Position numbers and translations under genes: made by a program
Part shown: piece after piece, positions 26,001 through 38,242 of the stretch
Layout: every line of letters begins with the position of its first letter
Numbering within the stretch: the first letter of the stretch is position 1
The notes under the pieces: generated by a model
The model's database searches: none
Seen by the model: the letters and a program-made list of their open reading frames with translations, nothing else
What the model was told of the DNA's origin: nothing
NCBI GenBank assembly: GCA_003971905.1
Contig: RSEE01000022.1
Location: forward strand, 620,001 to 684,000
From: Moniliella sp. 'wahieum'
Lineage: Eukaryota
DNA length: 64,000 nucleotides
Reading direction: 5' to 3'

Positions 26001-26660
26001 CGGCCATGACGCCGGCGCCGGTGATGGTGACCACCGTCGGTTCGCTCAGGCCGGCCAAGAGGGAGATCGGGGCGAGGGGGCTGCCCCAGGACGGGAGGGT
26101 GGTGGTGGTGCTGCGCATGCTGCGGCATGGGCAAAGGAGGTGCGCACCGGCTCGCGCATCGAGCCCAGCTGGCTCGCTTCTGACGGAGGCGCCGGCGTGC
26201 CGCGCTGGGACACATCGCTGACGCCACTGGGAGGCGGGCGGTCCAAGTTCCAGATCAGCAGCTTGTGGTTGGAGGTGGACGCGACCCAGTTGGCGCGGAA
26301 CGTGTGTGGGTTCCACTGGATGTCGGCCACTTCCCACGTGGTGAGGTTGCGCAGGAACCGCGGGTGGTCGTACGGGTTGGCCAGGTCGAGAATAAACAGG
26401 CCCTTGCGCGCGCCCAGCACCACGTCGCGCTGGGCGGGACTGATGCTCATGCTGCCCACGGGCTCGTTGATCTCGACCGACATTTCGGTGCCCCAGCGGT
26501 CGCCCTCGGGCGGACGCACGCCACGGCCGTCATGGGGGTGGTGGGGTGGGGGGTGGGGGGAGTGGAGAGGATGGCGATGGCGATGGCGATGGCGAGGGCG
26601 GGGGGTGCTGCGTCTGCTGCTGGCGGTGCTGCTGGGTGCGGTGCCCGGCGTGGCCAGCAC
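23031..26660 (-). CDS. MTC5: WDR59/Mtc5/Sea3 (GATOR2/SEACAT) WD40 + RWD protein
   Basis: VGSMSISPAQRDVVLGARKGLFILDL..P...PRFL..LTTWEVADIQWNPH, WNASATQVKWNR, GH.SRIYGLDWS, WRARHLPFGQGV..MPQR, FEGHTDVVKEFLFR, FQLLTWSRDRTLR, RWD-like FVRVRLQWPPDYP, PRRCGASFGPHGELVIF. Start codon uncertain (26480-26913). Confidence 0.85.
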
Positions 26661-27131
26661 GTTGCTGGCTCTGCGCCCAACGATCGATGAGCCCGCCCTC
26701 TGCTTACGTCACTGTCCTATCCGGCACGTGACCACAGTTGGGCTGGGTGCACACGACTCACACCTCGGCTCGGCCCAGGGGCATAGGCAGGCCGACGCAG
26801 GAGAGATGCGTCTCCAGAGAGGGCGTCCGTCTGGCCGCTCCATCGAGACTAACTCGCCGCAACGAAGGATATGCCAAGGATGGCGCCAGGATGACGCTCA
26901 GGATGGCGCCCATGACGGCGACGATGGCTGCGACGGACGCTGGCGATGGCTGGCCACGTGGCAGGCGCAGAGTAGGGTTGCGCTCCGCTCCCGCGGCGCG
27001 ACAGTGGCGCGTGGGAGGCGGTGGGGTTACACTGGCGCCGGGCGGCGGCGGCGTGCGCGGTGCGTTCGGCGGGCAGCGGACGGAGCATGAGCGCAGGACC
27101 ATCGCCCCGCCGCCCTTCTTCCACCACCACC

Positions 27132-30100
27132 ATGTCCCACGCCTGCCCACCAGCGGGCCGTGTCGTAGCGGGCCCGCCGCCGCCCCAGCAGCATCCCCAG
27201 CCGCCTCTCCCGCAGCAGCACCCTGCGCTCCGTCCGTCTGGCCAGCTGCCCCTCCCGCGGCGTGTCCGGCCCCGCTGGCCTGCCCGCCGGCCGGCCGCTG
27301 CAGGGCCATGCGCGCACCGCCAGCATGGTCGTTGGCCGTCCCGGCGCTGGTGTCGGCGCTGGTGTCGGTGCCGGTGTCGGTGTCGGTGCAGCTCCCGCTC
27401 CCGCTCCCGGCGCGGCCCCTTCTCCTGGCGCCGCCCACCTGGCACCCAATGCGCCCCGCCCTGGTGTTCCCTCCCTGCGCGGGCGCGGATGAGCATGCCG
27501 CGCCGGCACGCTCCGCTTCGTATGCCTCGCGCTCTCCTTCTGGCTCTCCGTCCCTGTCGCCGCTCGCCGCTCGCCCAACGGCCTGGCTCACCCATGCTGC
27601 CTCCGCCGCGCCTGCGCTGCTCCAGCCCCGGCTCCAGCGTCTGCTCCAGCGCCCGCGCTGGCGCCTGTGCGTACACCCCAAAAGCCCAATGGCGCGCTGT
27701 CTGCTCAACCCCGCCTCTCGCCTCGTCCGCCCCCGGGCCAGGCTCCTCTGGGCCAGCGGGCAGTGTCCACCCCGGGCCACATGCGCAACATGACCATGCC
27801 CTCCCTGCCCCGCAGTCCGCAGGGTGCGCCTGCCATGGGCCAGCCCAGCGGGCCTCCTGGCCCCGGCGGCCCCGGTCCGCGCCTTGTTCCTCTAGGCCAG
27901 CTGCGTACTGGTCCGGGCGTTCCCGCGGGCGTGCTCCGCTCTCCGTCGGGTCTTAGTCCATCCCTCGCTCCCCCAGCGGCGCTCCTCTCCGCTCCGCCTC
28001 GGCTCTCACCCCAGCCGCCCCTCGCTCCCCTAGTGGTGCCCCCCTGCGTTCTCCCAACCAACTGGGCCTCGCCCGGCCCGTGGTCACCTCCGCTCTGCCT
28101 CCACTCTTGTTCCCGCGCCGGGCGCTGCCGACGGTCCACGCTCGCCCTCCATGTCGGCCCCGCGGCCATCGCATCTCTCCCCATGCGCCCGGCAGGACGT
28201 CCGGTCTCCTTCTCTGGCCCTCCGCCCGGGACCCAGTCCCGGCCACCTCGGGCGTGGCCGCGGCATCGACGTCTCAGCCCGCAGCACCAGGTGCTGCCCC
28301 CGCGCCGTTTCCGGCGCCTACCAGTCTTCCTCACGCTGCAGCCGCTCCGGCGCCGACCCCGGCGGCAGTTCCTGCACCGACTCCTTCTCAGCCCCAAGTT
28401 CCTGCACCTGCACCTGCACCTGCACCCGCACCAGCATCCGCACCCGCGCAGCAAGCTCCCGCACCCATTTCAGCTCCGTTTGCTGCTGCTCCGGCTCCAG
28501 CTCCGGCTCCAGCTCCCGTCACTACTCCTGCTGCCTGCCGCTCCAGCCCCAATCCAAACCAGCGCAATTTCCTCTTCGCGCTGCCCCCATGTCGGCCCAG
28601 CTGAGTACGGCTGCTGTCCCTGTGCCAGGCGCGACTACGTCGTCTCCTGCTCCCATCGCTTCGCCTTCGGCAACCCCAGGACCCACCTCGCGTCCTCCCC
28701 CAGTGCCAACAATCGCCGGCGCGGGTACCCACTGCGCACTTGACCTCGCGCAGTGTTAGTTTTGGTGCGCCCGATGTGCCCAGTCGCAGTGTCAGCGCTC
28801 CTGGCACCGGGGCTGGCTTTGGTGTTCAGCAGTCCGCCATCGAGCCTCAGCTCTTCACCCCCGGTATCGCTAGCGAGCCGCTGAACAGCCCGCTGCGCCC
28901 GTGACGGGGGCCAATGCCCACCGCCGTGCTCCCACTCAGTTTGCCACCCCAGCTGCGGCTGCTGCGTACAACCCTGCTGTAGCGCCCGCTGCCCCCCAGC
29001 GGACAATGAGCGTGCAGCATGCCAGCAGCATGTCGATTTCTGGTGGCCAGGGAATCGCAAAACAGATGGCGGGCATGAACCTGGGTGGCTCGCTTTACGG
29101 CACGGATGGTAACGTGCTTCAGACGGTCAATGTGGCGTCGGGGCCTCCGCCGGTGGATCAAGTGGATCTGTATCCTCCCGATCTGCGTTTGCCACCCGGG
29201 GCTACTGCTGCGCCCGACGCGCTATGTCCAGCCCGACCCGTCGTATCACCGCTGCACTCTGAATGCCATCCCCGCCACGGCGAGCCTGTTGTCCAAGTCA
29301 AAGCTACCGCTTGCCGTCGTGTTGTCTCCGTACCGGAGCCAGCCAACAATGAACCTGTGCCCGTGTCGGATGACCATGTGATTTCCCGCTGCCGCCGATG
29401 CAAAGGCTACATTAACCCCTTTGTTACCTTTACGGAAAATGGGCGGCGGTGGAAGTGCCCCATGTGCAACTTGACCAACGAAGTCCCCGTCCGCTTTGAC
29501 TGGGACGACGACAACAACGTGCCAAGAACCGTTGGCTCCGGCCCGAGTTGACTCACGCTGTCGTTGACTTTATCGCCCCCCGGTCCTACACGGTTCGCCC
29601 GCCCCGCCACTCTACTATATCTTCTGCATTGACGTTGGCGGCAACGCCGTGCGCAATGGCTCGGTCGCTACGGCTGCCAAGGCCATTCGCGAGTCGCTCG
29701 ATAAGCTTCCGGACCACAATGGCCGAACGTGTATTTCCATCATCGCTGTCGACCAAGCGCTTGGCTTCTTCCACATCCGCGTACGTTTCTTGTCCCCTTC
29801 CTCCCATATTTTCTTACTCTTCCTCTGACTGACTTTTTGCGGGTATGGGAAAACAGGAGGACAGTGAGGAGTTCGAGATGCTCGTTGTGGGTGACGTGGA
29901 CGATCCGTTCCTCCCCAAGCCGAGCGGTCTGATTTGGAACCTGGGCAAGTGCCGGAAAGCGATCGAATCGCTTTTGGACAACTTTGGCACCATGTTTGAG
30001 TCCAATGCACTATGGTCCCACGGTAACGCGATGGGCGCAGCATTGCAAATCGCCTATCGCATGATTATGACGCGCGGGGGCAAGATTGCTTGCTTTACTT

Positions 30101-31843
30101 CCTCTTCCCTAGCTTGGGCCCGGGCGCGCTTACGGACCGGGAAGACCTCAAGGCGCTGGGGACCAGCAAAGAATCGACCTACCTCGGTGCCGCTTCGCCG
30201 TGGTACAAGTCTTTCCCCGTCGACTGTTCCCGCGCTCAAGTCTCGGTCGACATGTGGCTCTTTAGCTCGTCGTACCAAGACGTGGCATCGTTGAGTTGCC
30301 TGCCGCACTATACCGTGGTCAAACGTTCTTTTACCCGTCGTTTGACGCGGCCAAGGAAGAAGATCAGGTCAAGTTTTCGACGGAGCTGAAACGTGTGTTG
30401 GCTCAGCCTTTGGCGCTGGAAGCGGTGCACGGCTTCGTGCGTCGAACGGGATCCCCCGCTCGGTTCCACGGGAACTTTTTCGTTCGTTCCACCGACTTGT
30501 TGGCCTTGCCCACCGTCTCGCTCGACCAAAATTACGTGATTGAGTGCGAGATTGATGAGCCACTGGTGAGCAAATTTGTCCTGTTCCAATCGGTGGTGCT
30601 CATGTCGACCGCCGAGGGCGAACGGCGGATTCGGGTGACCAACATGGCTGTGCCTACCACAGCTTCGTTGTCGGAAGTGTACGCATCGGCAGACCAGGTG
30701 GCTTTGGCAACGGTGTGGGCGAACAAGGCGGTGGAAAAGTCCATCTATGGCAAGTTGGAGGAAGGTCGGGACTTGGTGTTTTCGCGTCTGGTGGAACTGT
30801 TGACATCGTTCAAACAGTCCATGACGACAGCAGGCAGTGGCGCGATTACGCACTTGCAAATCGCCGCCAACTTGCAACTGTTGCCCTTGCTCTGCTTGGG
30901 CTTGCTCAAAAATGTCGGACTGAAACAGTCGTCGCAAATTGACGCCGATTGCCGTGCGTACGCACACACGTTACTACCACCTTGCCGGCCCAACTGCTCG
31001 TGCCTTTCCTGTTGCCCAACCTGTACCCCTTGCACGATATGCCCCGGAGGCGGGGACCTGGGTCGAGCTTGTCCCTGAGCCCGGTCAGGAGGGCTGGAGG
31101 TGCTGCAGGAAGAAGAGGAAGGCGACCAAGACACTCTTGCTCCTCTTACCCCGGCAAGCACGGACCCGGCCCAAGGGACCGAGAAGACGAATGGTGGTGT
31201 GACGTCGGTGGACGACGATCAGGCGGGCCAGCTGACCACGCAGAAACAGTTCATTATGCCCCCGCGGCTCAACCCGAGCAAAGACAACATGGAGGCGTTT
31301 GGGCTGTACATTATCGAGAATGGCCAGACGATTTACCTCTGGCTCGGCCGGAGCGCTGTCCACAGTTGATCGTGGACGTGTGGGGGTGGCGAGCATGGAA
31401 GAAGTGCGGTCGGGCCCGGGCGAGTTGCCTGACTTGCCTGACAGCCCTATGAACCAACGCGTTCGCGCTGTCATCCAGCACTCCGCGAGCGCTACCGCAG
31501 CGCCCACTTCCAAGCCCTTGTCACTGTCAAAGAAGCTGAATCAGGCGACCCTTTCGCCCCCGGCTTATCCGTCAACCCGCACACCAACCGTTTCCCCCCC
31601 GGAGCTGCGGCCTTGACATCCGGCACGGTTACAGCTACCGGTACACCAGCTTCTACCGCCCTCGCTGGTGCCGGCCTGCGCAAACATGCCGTCGCTTCCG
31701 GCCCCTCGCCGGCAGTGTACAAGGCACGTGCTAAACAGTTGCTCGAGGACCGCGAACCGTTGTCGGCGGTAGGTATCTTGGAAGGCGGCATGTCCTATGC
31801 TCAGTTCCTCACCAAACTTCGCGCGCGCGTCAATCGGTCTTAG
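27132..31843 (+). CDS. SEC24: COPII coat cargo adaptor Sec24
   Basis: Long Pro/Gly/Ala-rich N-terminus; [16 protein letters not shown], zinc finger [12 protein letters not shown]...WKCPMC, VVDFIAP, vWA trunk ([25 protein letters not shown]), [20 protein letters not shown], gelsolin-like [19 protein letters not shown]...SYAQFL. TAG at 31841-31843. Intron 29781-29856. Confidence 0.94.
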
Positions 31844-31856
31844 GTCCTAGGTCCTA
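31840..31856. repeat. 7-bp period array (TAGGTCC)2+
   Basis: TAGGTCC TAGGTCC TA begins at the SEC24 stop codon; core CCTAGG. Confidence 0.5.
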
Positions 31857-32359
31857 CCCTGCGGCCAGAGCCTCCACGTTCCCCTCGCCCTCGCTTTCGT
31901 CCTCCCCCACCCCTCCTTGCTTACTTACTCTGCGTATCTCCTTTCAAAAATCGTCTCCTCTCTCTCCTCTTAGCCTGAGTGCTTTAGCCCGTAGTCCGAG
32001 CGCCTTGGTCTGAGCGCTCCGCCTTCCCTCGGCTCGCGCTGCTCTTCGCCCTGGCTCGGGGGCGGGCGGGCGGGCACGGATTTTTTAGTAGTCGTGTACG
32101 CACCGGCGGGAGACAAGTTTTGTATAAGTAGTGCAGTTCATGTCGGTGAGCGTGTGAGGCCGGGGGCAGAGACAAGGAGTGGAATAGTAGGTGTAGGTGT
32201 AGGTGTATAAGGTGCACTACCAAACCGAGGTCATGATGCAAGGGCACACGAGTGGATGCGCCTCGTTCCCCAACCAGGATCCAGCAGGATCCAGTTTAGC
32301 TGCGGTGGGGGCGCGTGGACCGGCGGCGCGATGCACACGTGATATGAGACACTTGATGG

Positions 32360-32412
32360 CCAGGGACCAGGAACCAGGGACTAGGGACAAGGGACAAGGG
32401 ACAAGGGACCAG
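32360..32412. repeat. 7-bp period array (CCAGGGA/CAAGGGA)~7
   Basis: CCAGGGA CCAGGAA CCAGGGA CTAGGGA CAAGGGA CAAGGGA CAAGGGA CCAG. Confidence 0.8.
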
Positions 32413-32491
32413 ACACCTACCCGGCAGGGCAGAGTCCAAGACGCTATCATAGCTCCCATACCATACCGATCGAATCTGGCTCTCGGTCAGT

Positions 32492-32539
32492 TGAGTACTG
32501 AGTACTGAGTCCAGGCTGAACTTCAGTACTCAGTACTCA
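32492..32539. repeat. Perfect 17-bp inverted repeat built from AGTACT heptamers
   Basis: TGAGTACTGAGTACTGA (32492-32508) and TCAGTACTCAGTACTCA (32523-32539), 14-nt spacer. Confidence 0.9.
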
Positions 32540-32875
32540 GTTGAGGCTGACCCTAAGGCCTCAGGCCCCTCAGGCAAGACGACACTACTAATGATAGAGA
32601 GGTATCGGCGCCAGGCCAACGTGGTATACCATCCTTGCAAAACGAGGGAGAGAGCGAGAGCGAGAACAGCAAGTGCGACAAGGAGACCAGTATAACGGCA
32701 AACAAGGCACCAATAAGGAAAACAAACAAACCCCACGCACCCCAATCCCGAACTCCAGAACTCCAACACTCCAGAAGGGGGGGTGGGGTGGGGGGAAGGG
32801 GGGGAATACTAAGGTACGAGGCGAGGGCGAGCACACTCCAACCCAGTCCGATTCAAGCGAGCCACGGTCCAATTC

Positions 32876-32899
32876 CACGTTCAACGTTCAACATTCAAC
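32876..32899. repeat. 7-bp period array (AACGTTC)~3
   Basis: CACGTTC AACGTTC AACATTC AAC. Confidence 0.65.
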
Positions 32900-33097
32900 C
32901 AATCTTAACAAGGCAAACGGCAAGGGGCCATACGATCCGACCACCATTCAACGCGTGCTTGGCCTGGCATGGCTTGGCTTGGCTTGGCGTTAATCCAACA
33001 CGCTCCCTAGTGGACTAAACGTCCCGCGCGGCACGGACTGACACTACCGTCCATCGCGTGGGCGGGAAAGAAGGCGAGAGGGACCAGGCCGACGCGG

Positions 33098-36000
33098 CTA
33101 GTCCAACCGGACGACGAGACGCGATCCACCACCATAGCGCCCATCCCGCTGAGAAAGATCTCGCTGAGAAAAGTCGCGCTGAGAAAGGTCGCTGATGAAA
33201 AGTCGCGCTGGGACCAATCGCGCTGAGACCGGTCGCGCTGGGAACCAGGTCCAGTAACGGGCGAGCGTGGTAGACGTGGCGATCGGACAGACGAACCGGG
33301 CGAGCGTACATGTGCCACCCCACTTTCCCGTCCCGTGCCTCCCGTTCCTCCCGTCCCGTTCGAATGGCCCGAAGGAGCGAAGAAGGCGCAGGAGCAATGG
33401 CATCGAGGATAGAATGGTCGAGCGCGCACTACGTTCGTGGTCGCGTTCACGGTCACGGTCACGGTCGCCCTGTGCCTGTGCCTTGGAAAGGGAGGGCGAG
33501 TACGGCGTGCCAGCGACGGGTACGTAGGTGATCGTGCCCCGTCCCCCGGTGGGCGGGTAGCGCCCGCCTGGCCCTGGTTCCGAGGGTGTGTCCGAGGTCC
33601 ATCCGATAGCGCGATAGGTGGCGACAAGGAGCGAGCTAGCGCCAGAGCCGCTGGTGCCGTAGTAGTAGCAGTAGCAGTGGCCGAAGCGGACGGCGTCGAA
33701 GGTACAGGTGAAGCGGTAGAGGCGGTAGATGCGTCCCCGCTACCACCGCCTAAAGAACGGAAAAAGTTACGCACACTTCCTCCGTGGGCCTCTTTCTTAC
33801 TTGTGGATGCCGAGACGGTCGCTTGCCCTGGCACGGCGAGCGTCGCCGCGCGCGGACTACGGACGTTCGAGCGCGCTCGGTTGGATAGCCCAGTGGGGGA
33901 CAGGATACCGCTCGGTACGGGGGTGGCGGTGCCTGAGGAAAGGGAAGCCCCGGTCCCTGTGCCGGTCCCCGTACCGCCAGTCATGGCAGCAGGTGAATCG
34001 GTCCAGTGGCCCAAGCCGCCAGGGCTGAGGGGTGTGTTGTTCGACCCCTTGGCCAGGGTCGGAGTCGAGGTATCAATGCGCAAGTCGGATTGGGTCAGGA
34101 AGTGGTACTGAGTGAGCGGGCGTGGCGGAAGGGGGCCAATAACCGGTGCTTGGGCTTTTTCTCCTTCTCTTTCTCACCAGTGGGAACGACGGACGCGACC
34201 GAGGCCGAGGCCGAAGCTGAGGCGGAAGGTAAGGCAGGTGGTTGAGCTAACGGCGAAGCGGAAGGAGGAATACCTTGATCAAATGGGTCCAAGAAGGACG
34301 CTAGCAGCGGAGATGGGGGGGGCATTTCTTTATCCTTATCCCCCATTGGGCTCGGCGAGCTCCTCATTCCAGCTTTGGAGTAGGAGGGGAAAGAAGGTTG
34401 GGACCGAACTTTCGGCTCGTCCAACAGAGGCGCCGCATTCATGTAGGGGGAAGAGTGGGTCGAGCTGACACCTTTGCCCGAACGTGGCTGCCGTCGTTCC
34501 GACTCACGACCGTACGTGGAGGCAGACACCCCGCGCGACGACGACCGTCGTTCTCGTTCGGACCCAGACCCCGAAAGGGGAGAAGGCACGTCCCTACCTC
34601 CTTTCAACGCTCCATTGACCACACCCAGACCGGAAGGTGTCTCGTCCCCACGCGCCCTGCGCTCCCTCGATCCATCCTCCCTAGTCCTGGACCGGTGGCG
34701 TGCACGTGGGGCAACATCCTGAGTCGTGCGCCCCGCCTTGCGTGAGGAAAGCGTCGGATCCCCATCAATCGAAGCCCGACGCTGAGCAGCTTGACGACCA
34801 GCATGGGTACCCCAACTCACTGGATTGGGCTCCAGCTCAGCGTCCGAGTGCGGGTGTGCTTTGCCCCGCATAGAACCGGCAAGGATGCTCGTCTGGCTCG
34901 CCTTGTGTGCCAGGTGCGGTGTGGGTTCTTCACCCCGCATCGGGAGACGCAGATTGCTGCTCCGCGGCGAGCGCGGCGGGGGGCGAGCCGGGCCGGCGCG
35001 ACGGAAGGTGGTGCGCTGTCAACTGGTCCGCCCAAATAATCGAAGGACGTTGTCCCCCGAACTGGCGGGGGCTAGGCTCGCCCCCATCTTGGGTTCTGCG
35101 TGACTTGGGCTGGGTCCAGTCCCGCGTCCAGAAAGTTGCTGTGCTTGACGCACCACCGCTTCCTCCCACGACTGAAGTTCCCCTCGCTGCAAACGCCACG
35201 GCTTCCTCGTCTTCGTCAGCATCAAAATGGAGTACGGGTGGTGCGCATCGGACTGCGCGTCCAGCCACCACGGTCCCTCGTGGGCCCAGAGGAGATCCCA
35301 GAAGTGTTCTGCGCCCCTTTCCGCATCGGGGCTGGGGGAGTGGCATTCGTGCCAGAAAGGGGGATCGTTCTCGACGTGGGCGTAAGGTCTTCCTCGTGGT
35401 AAAGATCGCGCTGCCTGCCCTTTCCCTTTTCTCGTACCGGTTCCTCGTCCGGGGGAGAGGGAAAGTAGGTTCGGAGCTCCGCAGGAACGGCACCAGAAGC
35501 CAACAATTTCTTCACCTGTACCTCCGCCGACTCAGGTTCTGGCCTTTCGTACGTCTTGGAAAGAGCCGGTGCTCGAGAAACAGAGGTCGTTCGAGATCGC
35601 ACATACTCGGTCCGATCTAAATCCAAAGAAAAGCTCCGCTCCCCTTTGGGTGGGAAGCGGGCCAAGACGGCTCGGTCCCCGCTGCCCTGCCTTGCACGCC
35701 GGGGCAGAGAACGTTGCGATGCATCTCGGTCCGCGCGGTAGGAGACCTGGCTCCGTGGAACATCGGTCGAGTGACGAGTTGGGCGCGGGGCCACCTGTGG
35801 CCGCAACAGCCGGCTTGTGGGTGCCTCAGGAGACCGCGCCGGGGGCGGTTCTACCTGCTGCGACGGCGTGGGCATCTCAGGCGTAGTGTTGGTCTTGGGA
35901 GGCGAGGGAGATCCTAGTCCCAATGCCGATTCGTATGACGAGGAACGGGAAGAAGCAGCGATGCTATCCCGTCTCGCACTTGGAAAGGCCTTCTTGGGTG

Positions 36001-38242
36001 GGATGTGATCGCAGTGGCCGCAAGCACATCCGCTGCCAACACACGATGCCGAGAGGAGACGTGGATTGCTTGTTCACACTGGACGTGACACTCGAGGGGG
36101 CTCCGATACCTCCATCACGACCGACGGACGGGAAGAAAGGACAAACCTACCGTTTGCATCAGATACTTCGTCCTTGGCCTCTTCCGATGAGGCCTCGTGA
36201 CGGTAGGCATCCTCGTCGCTGTCGCTGTGAGCATCCTCGTCATGGTAGGCATCCTCGTCGTTGTGAACATCCTCGACAGGGTGAGCATCCTCAGTGTCCG
36301 AAAGCCGATCTTCCCACTCGGCTTTCCAACGTGGTGTCAACGCATCATGAGAGAGATGGAGGGGAGGGGGTTTCTCATCTGGCTCACTGCTCACCACGCT
36401 TTCGTCTTCTGATGCCGATTCCAGAGCCGGACCAGGGGCAGGGTGCAAGAAAGGAGAGCGGTCGGGCGATAAGGAAAAATCAAACACGCTGGCCATATCG
36501 GGGGCATCAGTCGCATCTTCCGATACCCCATCTCCATCCTCTTCTACGGGTAGTGGGGACAAGACAGGATCAGCATCGGCGCGTTGCAAGAACCGAGCGA
36601 GAGGGGGAGGCGCCTGTCCACCCCCATGACCAGCAAGTGCTGTGGACGGCAAGGCAAATGTATCGGATGGCAGACCAAGTGCCTCCGTGTTGCCCCCGGT
36701 AGAAATGGACCGGCGAGCTTCGGCTTTCGCTTTGGCTTGTTTGGCTGCCGCCGCGCTGGCGAGCAATCTTGAAGAGCGACTGGTGGCACGCGGGCCGAAC
36801 TGCAACTTTGGCTCGTGCAAAGGTGGAGAATTCTGATCTGGGGGGGAGGAGGGGAGACAGCGTCAGGCAAAGGGACGGGGGCACTTGCACCCGCGGCGGG
36901 ATGGGAGGTGGACGTTGGCTAGGAACTGCTGGCCCTTAAGATAGATGCGCAGGGAAGGCAGAAGGTGTAAGTATGAGAACTCGCGTGCTTGGACATCTGG
37001 AGGGAATGGGAACGTACCTTGGGGGGAAGAGGGAAGGGGAGGGGAATGATGACGCGCCCGGTTGGGTACATCGATAGGTGGGTTGTCATTGCCGGGCTGG
37101 GATCACCAGCGATGACGGCAGCTTTTTTCTTTTTCTTTTTGCGTAATTTGAGTGGACTGGCTCCGTCGGTTTCGTCGGCACTGGTGGGGCGTGAGACGGC
37201 CGTGGAGCGAACCGACTTGGATTTTTTCTTGACCTTCTTCTTCTCACTTGGTGTCGAAGCCCCCTCATGGTGGTCGGAACCAGAAAGAGGGTGCTCCTTG
37301 TGTTGTTTCTTTTTCTTTTCTCGGCTTGGCATCGAGTTGGGTTCCGTCGGCGACAATGGGCGCAGCAGGCGTGTCGGACAGGGGGGGTCCAATGGCTGAC
37401 GCGAAGTAGATGCAACGTGCGGGGGGGCGGGATCCATCAAAGCAGGCGGGGCAGAGGTCGGATTTGAAGACGGTAGATTGGAGCTGAGGACTCGATCTCC
37501 AGACGGGCGCCTCCGAGGGGGGATGGGGGCGACAGAAGACAAAGGCTGGCGGATGGGAACGGAAGGGGACAGAGGGCGGGGCAGAGCCGGGGGGGATCGG
37601 GATCCGAGTCGTCAAAGTCAAATAGCACGCCTGACGGCGTCGCAGCGCCTGCGCAATGGCGGCGCGATGGGTGCGCAGCTGGCCCTGCAGCGCAGACGGG
37701 TCGCGCGGGTCAGGCTGCAAGGCAGTCGAGGGCACCCGCGGGGGGGAAGGACTAGGGTTGCGGCGTGGCCTCGAGCGGGGGCGCAGGCGTGAATGCGGGG
37801 CGGGGTCGAGGTGGTGGTCCATTTCAAAGCCGGTGGCGGGCGCGGGGCGGCGGCGGCGGGGGGTGTGGGTGCCCGAGGGTGAGGAGGAGGGTGACGGGGA
37901 CGGATGCGGGACGGCGGGGGGGGCATAGGCCGAGAGCGGCGGCTGAAGCCAGCGGGAGGAGTGGGGCTCGCGCGAGGGCGGGGCGTACGCGTGGTCGGGG
38001 TGGTCGGCGGGGGTGGAGTGGGGGACGCGGGCGGCGGCTGGATGGGGGTCGGGCGGGTCGGGCGCGGGAAAGGGAATGCCGCGGCGGGAGGTGGAGGTGG
38101 AGGCGGCGGGGCCGCTGCGGGTGCGGGTGCGCGGAGGGAAGGGACATGGCGGGTGGGGCAGGTGGTGGGCCAAACGAAGCAACGATGGGGCCAGCCGAGG
38201 CGCTCCACCGAGCAGATCAGCGGTGGGCCTGGGCGGATGCAT
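33098..38242 (-). CDS. Very long Ser/Pro/Arg-rich, probably disordered hypothetical protein (may be more than one gene)
   Basis: Chain of protein-like minus-strand ORFs (37265..38269, 36919..37542, 36074..36820, 35222..35923, 34095..34940, 33007..34083) with Lys-rich NLS-like runs and GTACGT/GTAGGT intron donors. No known domain recognised. Start and stop uncertain. Confidence 0.55.
33148..33250 (-). repeat. 15-bp coding minisatellite, ~7 units, encoding SQRDx
   Basis: CGCTGAGAAAGATCT / CGCTGAGAAAAGTCG / CGCTGAGAAAGGTCG / CTGATGAAAAGTCG / CGCTGGGACCAATCG / CGCTGAGACCGGTCG / CGCTGGGAACC. Confidence 0.8.
36204..36294 (-). repeat. ~18-bp coding repeat encoding ED[AV][HY]xx
   Basis: Recurrent CATCCTC; peptide EDAHPV EDVHND EDAYHD EDAHSDSD EDAYRH. 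Confidence 0.75.

Noticed and set aside
25906..28759. Many long overlapping and antisense ORFs (e.g. 25906..27090, 26758..27780)
   Set aside because: Shadow frames of GC-rich, Pro/Ala-rich coding DNA, explained by WDR59 and the SEC24 N-terminus.
4734..31843. Calling PYC, CUL1, DBP7 and SEC24 pseudogenes or programmed-frameshift genes
   Set aside because: Indels are uniform across all genes, motifs are intact and no common slippery site is evident. Sequencing error is far more parsimonious.
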